Source: a virus | Reading direction: 5' to 3' (one strand) | IMG/VR virus record: IMGVR_UViG_3300034158_000007 | Span: 70,616-134,615 of that record | DNA: 64,000 nt | In this document: piece after piece, positions 48,019 through 58,479 of the stretch | How positions within the stretch are numbered: the stretch's first letter is position 1 | Layout: each line of letters opens with the position of its first letter | Made by a program: the position numbers and the translations under genes | The notes under the pieces: model-generated | Database searches by the model: none | What the model saw: the letters and a program-made list of their open reading frames with translations, nothing else | Told to the model about the DNA's origin: nothing

Positions 48019-48930
48019 ATGAATTTCGGAATTTTTGCTACACCAGCTCCAAGCAAGCCAGCCGTTGAAGAATTCGATGTATCTGAACTTGAGCCCAACG
48101 TGGAACCGCTTGGTATTGACGACGGTCCGTCCAATGCCCTGTTTGAACAACTGGGTACTATCTCTACCGAAGCTATGATGATGGGTAACATCTCTAAGTA
48201 CTTTGGTCGTAAGGTTGATTCGCTCAGCGTATCTATTCAGGAAGGCTTCAAGTACCTGACTACTTACAACTACGATCCGATGGAAACCCTACACCCTAAC
48301 CAACTGCAATCGTGTGTTAATGGTCTGGACTACTTTGAAGTTGAGTCTTTGAAGATCTCCCAACCCAATGGCCTCAAAGGTGAGATCCTACCACTGACCG
48401 CAATGTTGGTTGACCACGCTAAGGTAATGACGTTGGTATTGGATGAAGTGATTCGCCCAGCCACCTCACGGTTTGGTCACTACTTGTCGTTGAACTTCGA
48501 TCGCGCTGACCGTCGTGACTTTGAATTCGGTATCTCTATCGGCGCTGACCGCATGAAGCTCTTAGAAGACGAGTCAAAGCTCTACACGGGTACTCGCCAG
48601 GCCCAGACCACCTTCGGTAAAGCATTCAACTCTTTTGCTGACTTCGTATCGGCTGAACGTAACATGCAAACCGTAAGTCAATTGGTTCATGGCGGTGCAA
48701 CTGATGAGATCAAGAAAGCTGTTCAAGCTTTGGTACAGACCTCCGGTGCATTGATCCGTCGCATCAGTGAAGAACGTAGTGTCACCACCAGTAACGAGTT
48801 TGCTAAGATGATCAGTGATCAATTGGCAGAAGCTGGTCGTTGGGTAGAATGGTACTCGGCTCAGATGACCCGCATCATCGAAACCAACAACGTACTGTAC
48901 GAAATCGAGAAAGACCTGCTGGCTCTGTAA
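48019..48930 (+). CDS. Head protein (gp153-like)
   Basis: Acidic propeptide ending at a STE cleavage-type site; late TATG at 47968-47971; synteny. Confidence 0.65.
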   Translation: MNFGIFATPAPSKPAVEEFDVSELEPNVEPLGIDDGPSNALFEQLGTISTEAMMMGNISKYFGRKVDSLSVSIQEGFKYLTTYNYDPMETLHPNQLQSCVNGLDYFEVESLKISQPNGLKGEILPLTAMLVDHAKVMTLVLDEVIRPATSRFGHYLSLNFDRADRRDFEFGISIGADRMKLLEDESKLYTGTRQAQTTFGKAFNSFADFVSAERNMQTVSQLVHGGATDEIKKAVQALVQTSGALIRRISEERSVTTSNEFAKMISDQLAEAGRWVEWYSAQMTRIIETNNVLYEIEKDLLAL

Positions 48931-48933
48931 CGA

Positions 48934-48968
48934 CATAAGTGCCCCTTCCTTACGGGAGGGGCATTATG
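48934..48968. terminator. CATA...TATG-family palindrome between convergent genes
   Basis: CATAAGTGCCCCTTCC-TTAC-GGGAGGGGCATTATG. Confidence 0.8.
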
Positions 48969-48972
48969 ACGG

Positions 48973-49380
48973 TTATGTAGGTACACACGTCCGTTGGCAG
49001 AACCCAAGAAGGTCCTTAATATCAGACTCGTAACCTTGTTCGGATGTATAATACAACCAGCATGGGGTTTGACGAACAATCCGAGTAACCAAGTTCTTAT
49101 TATCAGTATCCAGACGTTCAATGGCAGGTAGGTTCTTCCAGATCAGTCCAGCAAATAGAGTAGGAAGTCGCATTGCATTGAAATCGTTCACCAGACCCAT
49201 GTGTTGATTTAACAGCGTGATGGCGTCGTCATCATCGGTAGAACACTTCGCCAACTGTGCGTGCAATGAAGCCATTACACACATCCTCCGAAACTTCACA
49301 TCAGATTTGAGCCACATCCAATTCCAGAACATCGCTCCAATCCGATAGTAGCTTGCTCGGAACCTATTAATTAGATTCAT
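48973..49380 (-). CDS. Hypothetical protein (gp154 position)
   Basis: Clean ORF downstream of RNase H. Confidence 0.7.
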   Translation of the reverse strand: MNLINRFRASYYRIGAMFWNWMWLKSDVKFRRMCVMASLHAQLAKCSTDDDDAITLLNQHMGLVNDFNAMRLPTLFAGLIWKNLPAIERLDTDNKNLVTRIVRQTPCWLYYTSEQGYESDIKDLLGFCQRTCVPT

Positions 49381-49390
49381 GAGTTACCCA

Positions 49391-50836
49391 CTATTTTTTA
49401 AACAGGAACTGTGCGTAAGGCGCGCTGAATATGGAAGCTCCATCGTCAGCTACAAACACAGTTGAATACGAATAGGCACACGGACCCAACGGAGAAATCA
49501 ATAGCTCGATCTTCACACCCTCACAGGCGATTCGATTAAGCTGGTTACGACCGGGAATATCAATAGCCAGACAAAGCCTGATGTTGATCTTCTTTCCTTT
49601 GTATGTTACTGGTACATCCACGTGTGTCGTAGCTTGTGTAATCGATTTCTTTAGTTGCGTTACCGTCTTCTTACCCACGATCACTTCATAAAAGTGCGAG
49701 GTAATGTCAAATACTTCTACCGACGCTCCCAACTTCCCATCCAGATAAGCATCTAATCGGGTTTCAAGGTTGTTGAATTCCATGACCCCGTCGTTAGCCA
49801 TTCTTGGTGGATTAAGCGTCCGACTAATCAACCCCATTTCGGGAGTAGCCAAAAGGTAGATGTCATCAAACTTGAGTAGACCCGCATCACCAAGCAATTC
49901 AATGTTATTGCGCTGCTTAGCATTACAAGCATTAGTCAGGTTGACGATAGCCAGTTCTGGGTTCTCCGTCCCATACACTTTCGCATGGAGTTGTTGTAGG
50001 TGCTCAAGGTACTCGTCGAGTTCCTTGGCTTTGTAGACACAGTAAGTAGCCTCAGAGATGCGACGACCGAATAGCAAGTCAGACTTAGCCAACTTATCTT
50101 TAGCGGTGTCACGTGGTTTATGACCGGCGTTATGCATCCGTCCCAAATTGTAGGTGTAGTAGTAGCCCTGAGGTTCTTTACCCGAGTTGATACCAAAGAT
50201 CATACGCGTCTCTAAGAGCAACGGTGATACTGGTTTCTTCTTGAGCTTGTTAACCTTAGCGCCGTCCTGTTTAACCTCCATAGGAGCGTTAGATGCACAA
50301 CCACCGCCACGAGCGGCGTTAACGTCTGCCTTATCGTTGCCAATGTCATTGCTATGACCCTTGACCCAGATGGCCTGATACTTGTAACCACGGTCTTTCC
50401 ACTGCTTCTCAAGAGAGACTAGTTCTAACCAGATCTCTTTGTTCTCGCGGGGCGTTCCATCTGCCTTAACCCAATTGTCTTTGATCCATTTGTGAACCCA
50501 TTGAGTCATGCCCTTACGCACATACTCGGAGTCCATACGGAAGATTAGGTTAGTCGCTCCCGACTTTAGAGCAACCTTAAATCCCTCAATAGCCGCTGTT
50601 AACTCAGCGGTGTTATTGGTGGCACGTCCTTCTACTTTGCCGAACGCATCGATGTAGTCGATAACTGTACAGGTATCGTCAAGCGGTACGTCGTTGTAAC
50701 CTGTGCTGGTTGGCTGCTGTTTAGTAACAGCCTTGGTCTTCATGGGTTCATCCTTGAATGTGTATCCATGGACCCCCCAACCAGCTACGTTGTGACGGAA
50801 TGACCCGTCGGTATATAACACAATACCATCACACAT
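49391..50836 (-). CDS. rnhA: Ribonuclease HI with a long C-terminal extension (gp155-like)
   Basis: YTDGS, TNNTAEL, DSEYV..G...W...W..NW, N...W, WVKGHS...GN..AD. Confidence 0.9.
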   Translation of the reverse strand: MCDGIVLYTDGSFRHNVAGWGVHGYTFKDEPMKTKAVTKQQPTSTGYNDVPLDDTCTVIDYIDAFGKVEGRATNNTAELTAAIEGFKVALKSGATNLIFRMDSEYVRKGMTQWVHKWIKDNWVKADGTPRENKEIWLELVSLEKQWKDRGYKYQAIWVKGHSNDIGNDKADVNAARGGGCASNAPMEVKQDGAKVNKLKKKPVSPLLLETRMIFGINSGKEPQGYYYTYNLGRMHNAGHKPRDTAKDKLAKSDLLFGRRISEATYCVYKAKELDEYLEHLQQLHAKVYGTENPELAIVNLTNACNAKQRNNIELLGDAGLLKFDDIYLLATPEMGLISRTLNPPRMANDGVMEFNNLETRLDAYLDGKLGASVEVFDITSHFYEVIVGKKTVTQLKKSITQATTHVDVPVTYKGKKINIRLCLAIDIPGRNQLNRIACEGVKIELLISPLGPCAYSYSTVFVADDGASIFSAPYAQFLFKK

Positions 50837-50875
50837 CGAATATACCTCGTCAATTAGATTCTACTAGAACATTAA

Positions 50876-51304
50876 CTAGTCAAGTAGTTTCTTTTGACAG
50901 GATTCCAACCACTTAACGTGGGCTTGCTCAATCTTGGAATGCATGCTGTCGATGTATGTTTGAAGCTCGATTACCCGCAGTCCTAACAGTTGGTCTAAAG
51001 CGGTCGCACTAGTGGCGGCCTCCAGTTCGAGCAGTGTCAGGTTTTTGGGTGCGGCTTCACGGGGGAGGGTAAAGGTACCACAGTCGGCTAACTTTCGCTG
51101 AGTAGTGGCTTGTACCTTAGGGACCACCCGTTTCGATACCTCAATCGTTTTTTGTTTCACATTCGAGTTACTGGCACTCGATGTGGAGGTAGCTTCATAA
51201 TGAACCACCGTTGTACTAGGTTGTGAAACGTATGTTGGTGCATAAATTACGCACGCTGAGAGAGCTAGACATACGGGGGCAAGCGTTAATAACTTTTTAA
51301 ACAT
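50876..51304 (-). CDS. Lipoprotein (gp156 position); start refined to MFKK
   Basis: Basic N-terminus, hydrophobic core, lipobox LSA-C. Confidence 0.7.
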   Translation of the reverse strand: MFKKLLTLAPVCLALSACVIYAPTYVSQPSTTVVHYEATSTSSASNSNVKQKTIEVSKRVVPKVQATTQRKLADCGTFTLPREAAPKNLTLLELEAATSATALDQLLGLRVIELQTYIDSMHSKIEQAHVKWLESCQKKLLD

Positions 51305-51326
51305 GTGGTTCATTCCCATATCGGTT

Positions 51327-51611
51327 TTATTTCAGAATGTCGCCCAAAAGCTTACGACGTTCTTGAAGCGTTGCAGCCTCAGGAATTACGCAGACTTGAG
51401 CCAGTCGAGCTTCCAACTGTTTCTTCTCTGACTTAACTACGCTCAATTCAATCACAGCGTTCATGAATGCAATGAATGCGATAAACATGCATACGTTCAC
51501 AACGGTAATATGTTTGTTAGCCAGCACAACTTCTTTAATAGTCCGATCACCAAAGACCGCACGTTTCAAGAAGGGCCAAAAAAGGAGCAAGGCTCTAATA
51601 GTCAAACTCAC
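51327..51611 (-). CDS. Single-TM membrane protein with a C-terminal coiled coil
   Basis: TM VVNVCMFIAFIAFMNAVI followed by KSEKKQLEARLAQVC; GTG start. Confidence 0.6.
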   Translation of the reverse strand: MSLTIRALLLFWPFLKRAVFGDRTIKEVVLANKHITVVNVCMFIAFIAFMNAVIELSVVKSEKKQLEARLAQVCVIPEAATLQERRKLLGDILK

Positions 51612-51790
51612 CGGATTATCCTCAGGTCAGTAATAAACTAAGCCTACCCATGGTACCTTAAAGGCAGAAGTATAGACTCATTGACAGTGACCCTGTAGGA
51701 TACAGAAGTCCACCCGACGATTTTATATCGCTATATACCAGATCCTATAGATGGTTACCCATCCTAAAGGTCTAGACGCGAGGACAGTAC

Positions 51791-53101
51791 ATGTACGAAT
51801 TAAAAGGTTTTTATGAGATCCCGAGTTATATCAATAACTCTGCGGATCAAGTGGCTCTACTCGGTGAGATCTCCGACGATAGCCTAACCTATGCAAAAGA
51901 CAAGACCATCCACACAGGGTCGTCCGCCCCAAACGTTGGTTTAATCTCATTTCATAGTGTAAGGGATGATTTGGTGGTTCCCGTTGAAGGGAACTACTTG
52001 GATCAGGTCCTTAAAATTGGCCAGTACCTTTATACACAGGCTCAGGCTGGGGTTATTAACTCCAATCCGAATACCCTGCGTCAATTGGTAATGGCGGAGT
52101 TTGCTGGTGTTCTCAACTCGTTCAGCTCTGGACAAATGTTGAACAATGGCTTTGTATGGTTACCCGAATTCATCGAGATCTCACTGATCGGTTCTGGTGA
52201 AGCTAACCGTGTTATCATCTGGATTGCGGACAATTCCTTCCGGGCACAATACGACGGTTACGTCATTGAAATCGTTCAGCCTCTGATCCCAGTGGATGAC
52301 TTCTTCAAAGACCCATTGATTGTACGTGAGTTGCTGAAGAATTACAACATCACCGAGAAGCTGGAAGAAGCACAAGCCACACGGGCACAGTATCCGTACA
52401 CGTACCTGAAAGCTTTTGACTTCGACTACGTCAACCCGGCTAACACTACACTGCGATACAAAGCTACGTGGTTGGTGATCATCTACGGTGAAGCAGGTAA
52501 CAACGCTGACATTATTAAAGATGCCATCGTTAAGGATATCTTGGACAAGTCGACTCACCCACGTGAGGACTGGGAAGTCATTCTCCCTGACCTGTTCCTG
52601 ACTACCGAGTTCATCATCACCCCGCTCTGGAATCGTTACAGCGTACCTAACGCTCAGTTCCAAGCTGGTCTTCACAGTCCTGTGTTTGACCCAAGTACTG
52701 ATCTACCGTTGATTAAGCGTACTGCTCGTGGTCCAGCGTATTCGGATATCTTCGTAGGGAACAACTATCAGTCGTCGGTTAACATCTACAAGTCGTTGGC
52801 CTTCGGTTCGATCGGTAACCCACAAAACCGTAATGGCGTTATCAAGCTTACCCAACAGTATCCACAGTACGTGGTAGCTGAAACAGGTAGCGGTGATGCT
52901 AACCGGATTGACCCTGAGACCCTTGAATGGATGATCCTGTTCTCGACGCTTATTAAAGCTGCTGAGACCATGACTCTCTATACTTCGGTTCCTCGTGGTG
53001 TTTCCCGTATGAAGCGTGACGATATTGTCTACGCCTCTGCGTTCTTCAAGAACGTCAACTATCTGGTTGTAACGAAGTTTTCGGTTAACGCTGTTGCATA
53101 A
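51791..53101 (+). CDS. Virion structural protein (gp157-like)
   Basis: Y.LKGF....., GE.S..S.TY.KD, PDLF..TEF...P.W motifs; RBS GAGGA. Confidence 0.7.
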   Translation: MYELKGFYEIPSYINNSADQVALLGEISDDSLTYAKDKTIHTGSSAPNVGLISFHSVRDDLVVPVEGNYLDQVLKIGQYLYTQAQAGVINSNPNTLRQLVMAEFAGVLNSFSSGQMLNNGFVWLPEFIEISLIGSGEANRVIIWIADNSFRAQYDGYVIEIVQPLIPVDDFFKDPLIVRELLKNYNITEKLEEAQATRAQYPYTYLKAFDFDYVNPANTTLRYKATWLVIIYGEAGNNADIIKDAIVKDILDKSTHPREDWEVILPDLFLTTEFIITPLWNRYSVPNAQFQAGLHSPVFDPSTDLPLIKRTARGPAYSDIFVGNNYQSSVNIYKSLAFGSIGNPQNRNGVIKLTQQYPQYVVAETGSGDANRIDPETLEWMILFSTLIKAAETMTLYTSVPRGVSRMKRDDIVYASAFFKNVNYLVVTKFSVNAVA

Positions 53102-53107
53102 ATGAAT

Positions 53108-53131
53108 GGGGGTACTTCGGTACTCCCTTTT
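53108..53131 (+). terminator. Canonical intrinsic terminator
   Basis: GGGGGTAC-TTCG-GTACTCCC-TTTT. Confidence 0.75.
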
Positions 53132-53145
53132 ATAACGAGGTAGAC

Positions 53146-53631
53146 ATGAAACGTATCACCATCGACTCAACACTTACGGTTAAGGGAGCAGATCCTTTGA
53201 CTGTGTACTTCGCTCGCTTGAATGCGTATTACCCTGAGCTTGAGCTTAATAAGGATAACTCGATCATTCGACTGGTACAAAGTTTCGGCAATCCGAATGC
53301 TCCAGAAGAAACCATTGTGCGTATTTCTCCTGACCACATGCCGTGGATCACCCACGACATTATCCATAACCGATTCAACTTGGCCACCATCATCCCAACA
53401 CCTACGTTCACAGCCGCAGAGCTACCAACAGTTACTGCGCTTACCAACTCTGTGCAACTTGTAGACTACATGGCCACTAAGTTCAATCGTGCTTTCACAG
53501 CTGATTCCATCTGGACTGAAATCCATTCGATCGAACCGGCGGGTGGTACGAGTGGTATGAACTGGTGGATGAAAGCTCAGTTCAACTCGATGTTCTGGTT
53601 CGGCGAAAAGCTAGTCAGGCTGCATCCTTGA
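53146..53631 (+). CDS. Virion structural protein (HNR.NL/RLDL-type domain)
   Basis: RBS GAGG; IHNRFNL, A..NS..W.G pattern shared with the 18439 and 37076 paralogs. Confidence 0.65.
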   Translation: MKRITIDSTLTVKGADPLTVYFARLNAYYPELELNKDNSIIRLVQSFGNPNAPEETIVRISPDHMPWITHDIIHNRFNLATIIPTPTFTAAELPTVTALTNSVQLVDYMATKFNRAFTADSIWTEIHSIEPAGGTSGMNWWMKAQFNSMFWFGEKLVRLHP

Positions 53632-53664
53632 TCCAATGTTATAACTGATTGAAAGGGCCTTACA

Positions 53665-54285
53665 ATGGCAAACACTATTATCCCTGCGGTGGGTACGCGT
53701 GGTCGGTTCATTCTGGCTCCCCCGTTTGAAGCTGCAATGACACCCAACACGATCTATCACTTGGCCGCTACTCGTGAATATGAAGACATCGAAGCCCTAG
53801 GGCAGAACATCTTTGAGTTGTTCTATAAACCGTTCAACTTGCTAGAGTCTGATCTACAAGCTGACCGATCTGCCGGTGCCGTGCTGGTAACACTGATGAC
53901 GGCTAATTCCCGTCCTTTATATGTTCCCTCCACCTACGTAACATTCCCGGACCTGAACTTCAAACCGTATAACCAGTTCGTTGCGTGTCTGTCGTTTGGC
54001 CCTCTTCCCAATTCAACCATCTTCGATTCTGTGATACAGGCTCTGAAGAACACGACTAGTGACTTTCTAGGGGTTGAACCTGAAATCAATATCGCTTTCA
54101 TGCCATTGACTGATCTGATCACTCCTGCTGAACACGATACACTCGAGGCGGTTCGTCAAGCGGCGATCGCTGACCGCACCACAGACTATGCACGGCTGGC
54201 CGAAGCTAACGCTAAGATCGCTTTGCTGTCTCAACGAAACGCAATTCTCGAAAAGATCATTATCGACAATGGTCTACTCCCGTGA
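53665..54285 (+). CDS. Conserved virion protein (206 aa)
   Basis: P..G..G.F.L..PF, YVP..Y, LG.LP pattern as recalled for phiKZ-like proteins; RBS AAGGG. Confidence 0.65.
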   Translation: MANTIIPAVGTRGRFILAPPFEAAMTPNTIYHLAATREYEDIEALGQNIFELFYKPFNLLESDLQADRSAGAVLVTLMTANSRPLYVPSTYVTFPDLNFKPYNQFVACLSFGPLPNSTIFDSVIQALKNTTSDFLGVEPEINIAFMPLTDLITPAEHDTLEAVRQAAIADRTTDYARLAEANAKIALLSQRNAILEKIIIDNGLLP

Positions 54286-54326
54286 CTATTTTATGTAGAA
54301 CAACCTTTCCCTTATCGGAGTAAGTT

Positions 54327-56150
54327 ATGACCCGTGTAAACATTTTTGCGATGACCAAATCCATCGCCTCCCAAGAAAGCATCAGCCACCCAGATGTGAA
54401 AACCGTAGACGTCAACGTAACGAAGGAACTCCCTAAGGATTCCATCGCTGAGCCAGATCACGTTGAAGCGGATGATCTGACGAATGCTGCCGTTAGTAAT
54501 ACCCAAACTTCTGAACCCGGTCCTAAAGACGGTGGTGGTGATGGTACGGCTCACACCGTTAACGTTAAGGAAGTAACCACTAAGGTTGACGTGACTGACG
54601 TTAGTGCCAATCTGGTTCGTGATCAGAATGGTGGTCGTCATATCGATACCCTACCTGATCAAGTACACGCTAAAGATGGCCTGAGCGCATCTGACGTACG
54701 TACCTCGGTTGAAGAACACGATGAGTCCGGTGCTGAAACTACTGATCTGAAAACGATTGACTCGGCTGGCGCTGAGCCCATTGAAACTGCTGATAGCATG
54801 GTTATGGACTTGGACGGTGAAGACCTCGCTGTTACCGGCATGACTGATGTCACCGAAGGCAAGCTGGCTGAGTGTGATTCCGTAGCTGCTAAAGCTGAAT
54901 CGCTGAGCAAGGCAACCGCTACTGTTGAGAAGTACCATGGTCTGATGCAACGCATGCATAAAGAAGGTCGCTATATGTCGGATGAACTCCGTCAGTCGAT
55001 CTCGTGGGCCTTGGAAGATATCGATGGCCAGCTGTTCCAACCTGAGCGCGCTGCTCTGGAATCCTTTAACCCTAAATCCCGTGTATCGCTGGAAGCTAAT
55101 GAAGTGGCTACCACTGGCGACTCGAGTGGTCCTAAGCCTAAAGAAGGTACTATCGATGATGGCGCTGATCCAGGTGAAGTAGGTAAAGGTCTGGGCGCTA
55201 AGTTCAAACAACTGTTCCAAGCCGGTGTTAAGATCTTCTGGCGTTTTGTAAACATGGTTGCTGACCTGATCGTTAGCTTTGCTCAAGATGCCGGTAAGAT
55301 CAAGAACCACTTGGCTGACTTGCGTAAGCGTGTGAACGTTCTGGAAGGTGGTGCTGAGTTCACCATGAAAGGCGCTGGCCGTCTAACCATGGGTGGCGAA
55401 TTCGTTGGCGACTCGAAAGCAGCTATCGCTCGCGTTCACAAAGTTTCCGAAGAACTGCTCATGAACTGGCCGACCTCTTTGACTAAGATCATCGAAGAGT
55501 GGAAAGGCAACCGTGGCTTCTTTAAGAGTGGTACCCCAACAGGTCAAATGATGGACGCTCTGGATCAAGCACTTACCCGTGCCTTCCGTTCTTTCGATCG
55601 CCTGAACTCTGGCGACAAAGGTAAAGTACCGTCGGGCTTCATGGGTGTAGATCAACTGAGTTGGTCTGGCGTACTGCCGGGTGACATGGCTCTGTACTAC
55701 GGTGTAGAGAAATCGAAGGCACCCGGTGAGATGGGTTCGATCGAAGATGCACAAAATGCAGCTAAATTGAACTTTAGCTTGGTTCCAGGCGGTGATCCCC
55801 AAGGCGGCGATGTTTCTGTGACTACCCCTACGGCTGGTGAAGCTGTATCGGTAATTCGTGAACTCGAGAAACTGTGCCAGTTCATCGTTGACGCCAAAGC
55901 TGGTATGGCCAAGCTTAAGCAGTTTGCTTCTGAGTCGAGTACTGGTGCGTTCATGGACCTCATCTCTGGCCGTGGTGGTCAAACGGGTCAGATCAACGGT
56001 CTGATCGTTCTGGGTCTGGCTAAAACCTCGACTGAGTCCCAACACCGTTACATCGGCTGGGTTATTAACTTGGTCAAAGGTTACATCGGTTTCCTCGAAG
56101 CCTCTCTCAAAGCTGAAGCCGGTGGTCGCGAAGACATCCAAGGCAACTAA
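54327..56150 (+). CDS. Inner-body/head protein (gp162-like) with a long acidic propeptide
   Basis: ALED, ALESF, SLEAN cleavage sites; amphipathic helix after the propeptide; late TATG at 54292. Confidence 0.75.
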   Translation: MTRVNIFAMTKSIASQESISHPDVKTVDVNVTKELPKDSIAEPDHVEADDLTNAAVSNTQTSEPGPKDGGGDGTAHTVNVKEVTTKVDVTDVSANLVRDQNGGRHIDTLPDQVHAKDGLSASDVRTSVEEHDESGAETTDLKTIDSAGAEPIETADSMVMDLDGEDLAVTGMTDVTEGKLAECDSVAAKAESLSKATATVEKYHGLMQRMHKEGRYMSDELRQSISWALEDIDGQLFQPERAALESFNPKSRVSLEANEVATTGDSSGPKPKEGTIDDGADPGEVGKGLGAKFKQLFQAGVKIFWRFVNMVADLIVSFAQDAGKIKNHLADLRKRVNVLEGGAEFTMKGAGRLTMGGEFVGDSKAAIARVHKVSEELLMNWPTSLTKIIEEWKGNRGFFKSGTPTGQMMDALDQALTRAFRSFDRLNSGDKGKVPSGFMGVDQLSWSGVLPGDMALYYGVEKSKAPGEMGSIEDAQNAAKLNFSLVPGGDPQGGDVSVTTPTAGEAVSVIRELEKLCQFIVDAKAGMAKLKQFASESSTGAFMDLISGRGGQTGQINGLIVLGLAKTSTESQHRYIGWVINLVKGYIGFLEASLKAEAGGREDIQGN

Positions 56151-56153
56151 GGA

Positions 56154-57359
56154 ATGAACCACATGAACCCAACATCAGAGCTGAAACCAGTAATCGATAA
56201 TTGGGATAAGGTGGTTCGACTCACTCATGCTCTTGAACGCTATGAGCATATGCTTGCTGGCAAAGAACGGGTGAGTGGCGACGTCGCATTTGTAATGAGT
56301 GTTGCCCTTGAGAACATCGACCCTGAGTTCGATATCAAAGAGGGTAGTGCCATTACGTTGCGTGCTATTAAGGAGGCGCTAGTAGCTGGTGCTAAAGCTG
56401 CCTGGAAGATCATTAAACAGATCTGGCAGTTCCTTAGTGCGATGTACATCAAGTTCACTGGTAGTATTCGTCGAGTTCGACGGACACAAGAAGCCGTAAC
56501 CCGGAGACTGGGTAAACTTGGTTCTAAGGCATCCTTACAGTCATCCATGGCTGTAGCTGGGGTACAACGTCTGTCGGTGAATGGTAAGTTTGTGGGTGTG
56601 GATCTGTCGGCCTTGGTTGACATTAAAGATCTGACCAACTACACACTCAACATCTATCCGAAAAGCGTTACCCAGATCGCACGTAATTGCAGTCGCAAGT
56701 TCCTGAATATCCTTGAGACCGCTGAAGACAAAGATCGTAAAGACGTAGCTAATGAAATCGTCGATACGTTCATTGAATCGTACACCACTAGCTTCCGTGC
56801 CCCACCGGGCGCAACAGCTATGAAGAAAGGTGATATGACTGATGCTAACCCATCCTACCATCGCCGTTCGGAAGTGGTAGCTGGTAACGCAGCATTCGTA
56901 TACATGGCACCTGAAGGGACAGAAGAAGCACTGAAAGCCGGTAAGACAGACCCAGCGTTTGTAATCGGTTCCAGTTTCATGATGGCCTTTACAGAACTGA
57001 CCATGAACATCGCAGATAAATCTGAACGTGAAATTGAAGTTCCTTCCGTTAAGGAAATGACTGACCTCACTGAGGAAATATCACGTATCCTGACGTTGGC
57101 CGAAAAAGCAGAGACGGGTCGTCGTGACTTTGAAACTGTTAAGACGGTCGTGGACGATGCAATCCGACAAATCATGGAACGTACCGACTCGGGTGAAACT
57201 ATTCCTTCTGCTAACTTGACTCTCCAGATCATCGGTGAGATCTCGAAGAAACTTGCAGAGCCAATGGATAACTTCACTCACTGGTTGGCAATCACCATGA
57301 ACGTTTGGTTGACCTTTATCAACCACTGTATCGATCACTACGAAGAAAACGGCGTGTAA
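56154..57359 (+). CDS. Inner-body/head protein (gp163-like)
   Basis: ALERY and ALENI sites; paralogous architecture to the upstream gene. Confidence 0.7.
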   Translation: MNHMNPTSELKPVIDNWDKVVRLTHALERYEHMLAGKERVSGDVAFVMSVALENIDPEFDIKEGSAITLRAIKEALVAGAKAAWKIIKQIWQFLSAMYIKFTGSIRRVRRTQEAVTRRLGKLGSKASLQSSMAVAGVQRLSVNGKFVGVDLSALVDIKDLTNYTLNIYPKSVTQIARNCSRKFLNILETAEDKDRKDVANEIVDTFIESYTTSFRAPPGATAMKKGDMTDANPSYHRRSEVVAGNAAFVYMAPEGTEEALKAGKTDPAFVIGSSFMMAFTELTMNIADKSEREIEVPSVKEMTDLTEEISRILTLAEKAETGRRDFETVKTVVDDAIRQIMERTDSGETIPSANLTLQIIGEISKKLAEPMDNFTHWLAITMNVWLTFINHCIDHYEENGV

Positions 57360-57362
57360 CGA

Positions 57363-57394
57363 CATATTGCCCAGCCATCAGGCTGGGCTTTATG
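57363..57394. terminator. CATA...TATG-family palindrome between convergent genes
   Basis: CATATTGCCCAGCC-ATCA-GGCTGGGCTTTATG. Confidence 0.8.
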
Positions 57395-57397
57395 CTG

Positions 57398-57664
57398 TCA
57401 TGAACTAGACGTAAGATCAGGGCGTCCTGTGGCTCGATCTCCACAGCTTGCTAAGTCACCCGCCAATACGATGGGTATTCCTTTAATGAACACCTTAGAC
57501 GAGCCCTGGATCATCACTGCGGAGGCATGTGAACCACTACCGTGTCCGTTAACCTCACAACCTACCACAGCTACGGGATTACCCTTATAAAAGATAGTCA
57601 CGTTAGGTCCAGGTTTAATGATACCGCCAGCACTGTCGATATTACATACGGCTACACCAGGCAT
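57398..57664 (-). CDS. PAAR-repeat spike-tip protein; start refined to 57664
   Basis: G.PVAVVG, HG...H, GS..V.I.G.P....GD...CG; TAATG coupling to the spike gene. Confidence 0.9.
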   Translation of the reverse strand: MPGVAVCNIDSAGGIIKPGPNVTIFYKGNPVAVVGCEVNGHGSGSHASAVMIQGSSKVFIKGIPIVLAGDLASCGDRATGRPDLTSSS

Positions 57665-58479
57665 TATAACCAGTCCCAACGACCAACGGTCGCTTTAACA
57701 GCTTGCGCTTTAAGGTTGTATGTTGTGGCCTCGATGTTAATCGTAGTGGTCTTCTCACTGATCGACTCGGGCGTTAGTTCCATGACGGTACCACCTACAG
57801 TAAACGTCACCCGTTTATCGGCCTTGATATCGATCTCTTGTTTCTCGAGTGACACCATGGACTTGTTAACGTTTTGTAGTTTAACCCGTGAGTCTTTCGA
57901 GTTGACCTCCCAGTAGTTACCGACGTCATCACTCAACCCAGACCAGCCTTGCTTAGTGTTTATCTCGAAGACATACGCGAAAGGTTCACCGTTAGCTTTA
58001 GTCGTCTTGATCTGAATGTAACCATCCCATGGAGAGAACACTAAACTGTAGCATTTCTCGAACGTACCACCAGCACCACCTGCATCTGGACTAGCTGCGA
58101 ACAGGTACACAACGTGCTCTAGGTTACGAAGACCATTACGGAAACCCATGCAACGCCAGTAGTACTGTGAAGTCTTACCAACCCGATAGATCTCAACCAT
58201 TTCACCACGCCGCATATCGGGTGGCGTAGCACGGTTATCTTCGGTGGGCATCCATTCACATTCCAGGTCACGAGTTTGTGTAGCCTTTACTTCGTAAGCG
58301 TTCCCGTCTTTGTCAGTGCCCTTGAGAATCTCTTCAACGGGGTTATGGGTTACTTCACCATCAGTAGCAGTTGCAGACTCAACAGGAAGGCATTGAATCT
58401 TCCGGGATGTACGTTCTTTGTTGACTGTCACATACCCGAGGGAGAATAAAGTTAAGATTGATTTATCTTGCAGGGCCAT
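57664..58479 (-). CDS. Baseplate central spike (gp164-like, gpV/Gp5 OB fold plus beta-helix)
   Basis: PDMRRGE.V.IYR....QYYW; C-terminal beta-repeat I.I.A....F..G; adjacent to PAAR. Confidence 0.8.
   Translation of the reverse strand: MALQDKSILTLFSLGYVTVNKERTSRKIQCLPVESATATDGEVTHNPVEEILKGTDKDGNAYEVKATQTRDLECEWMPTEDNRATPPDMRRGEMVEIYRVGKTSQYYWRCMGFRNGLRNLEHVVYLFAASPDAGGAGGTFEKCYSLVFSPWDGYIQIKTTKANGEPFAYVFEINTKQGWSGLSDDVGNYWEVNSKDSRVKLQNVNKSMVSLEKQEIDIKADKRVTFTVGGTVMELTPESISEKTTTINIEATTYNLKAQAVKATVGRWDWL

Noticed and set aside
57398-58479. PAAR plus spike pair as a possible T6SS-derived novelty
   Set aside because: A PAAR tip on the central spike is an established feature of phiKZ-like contractile tails.
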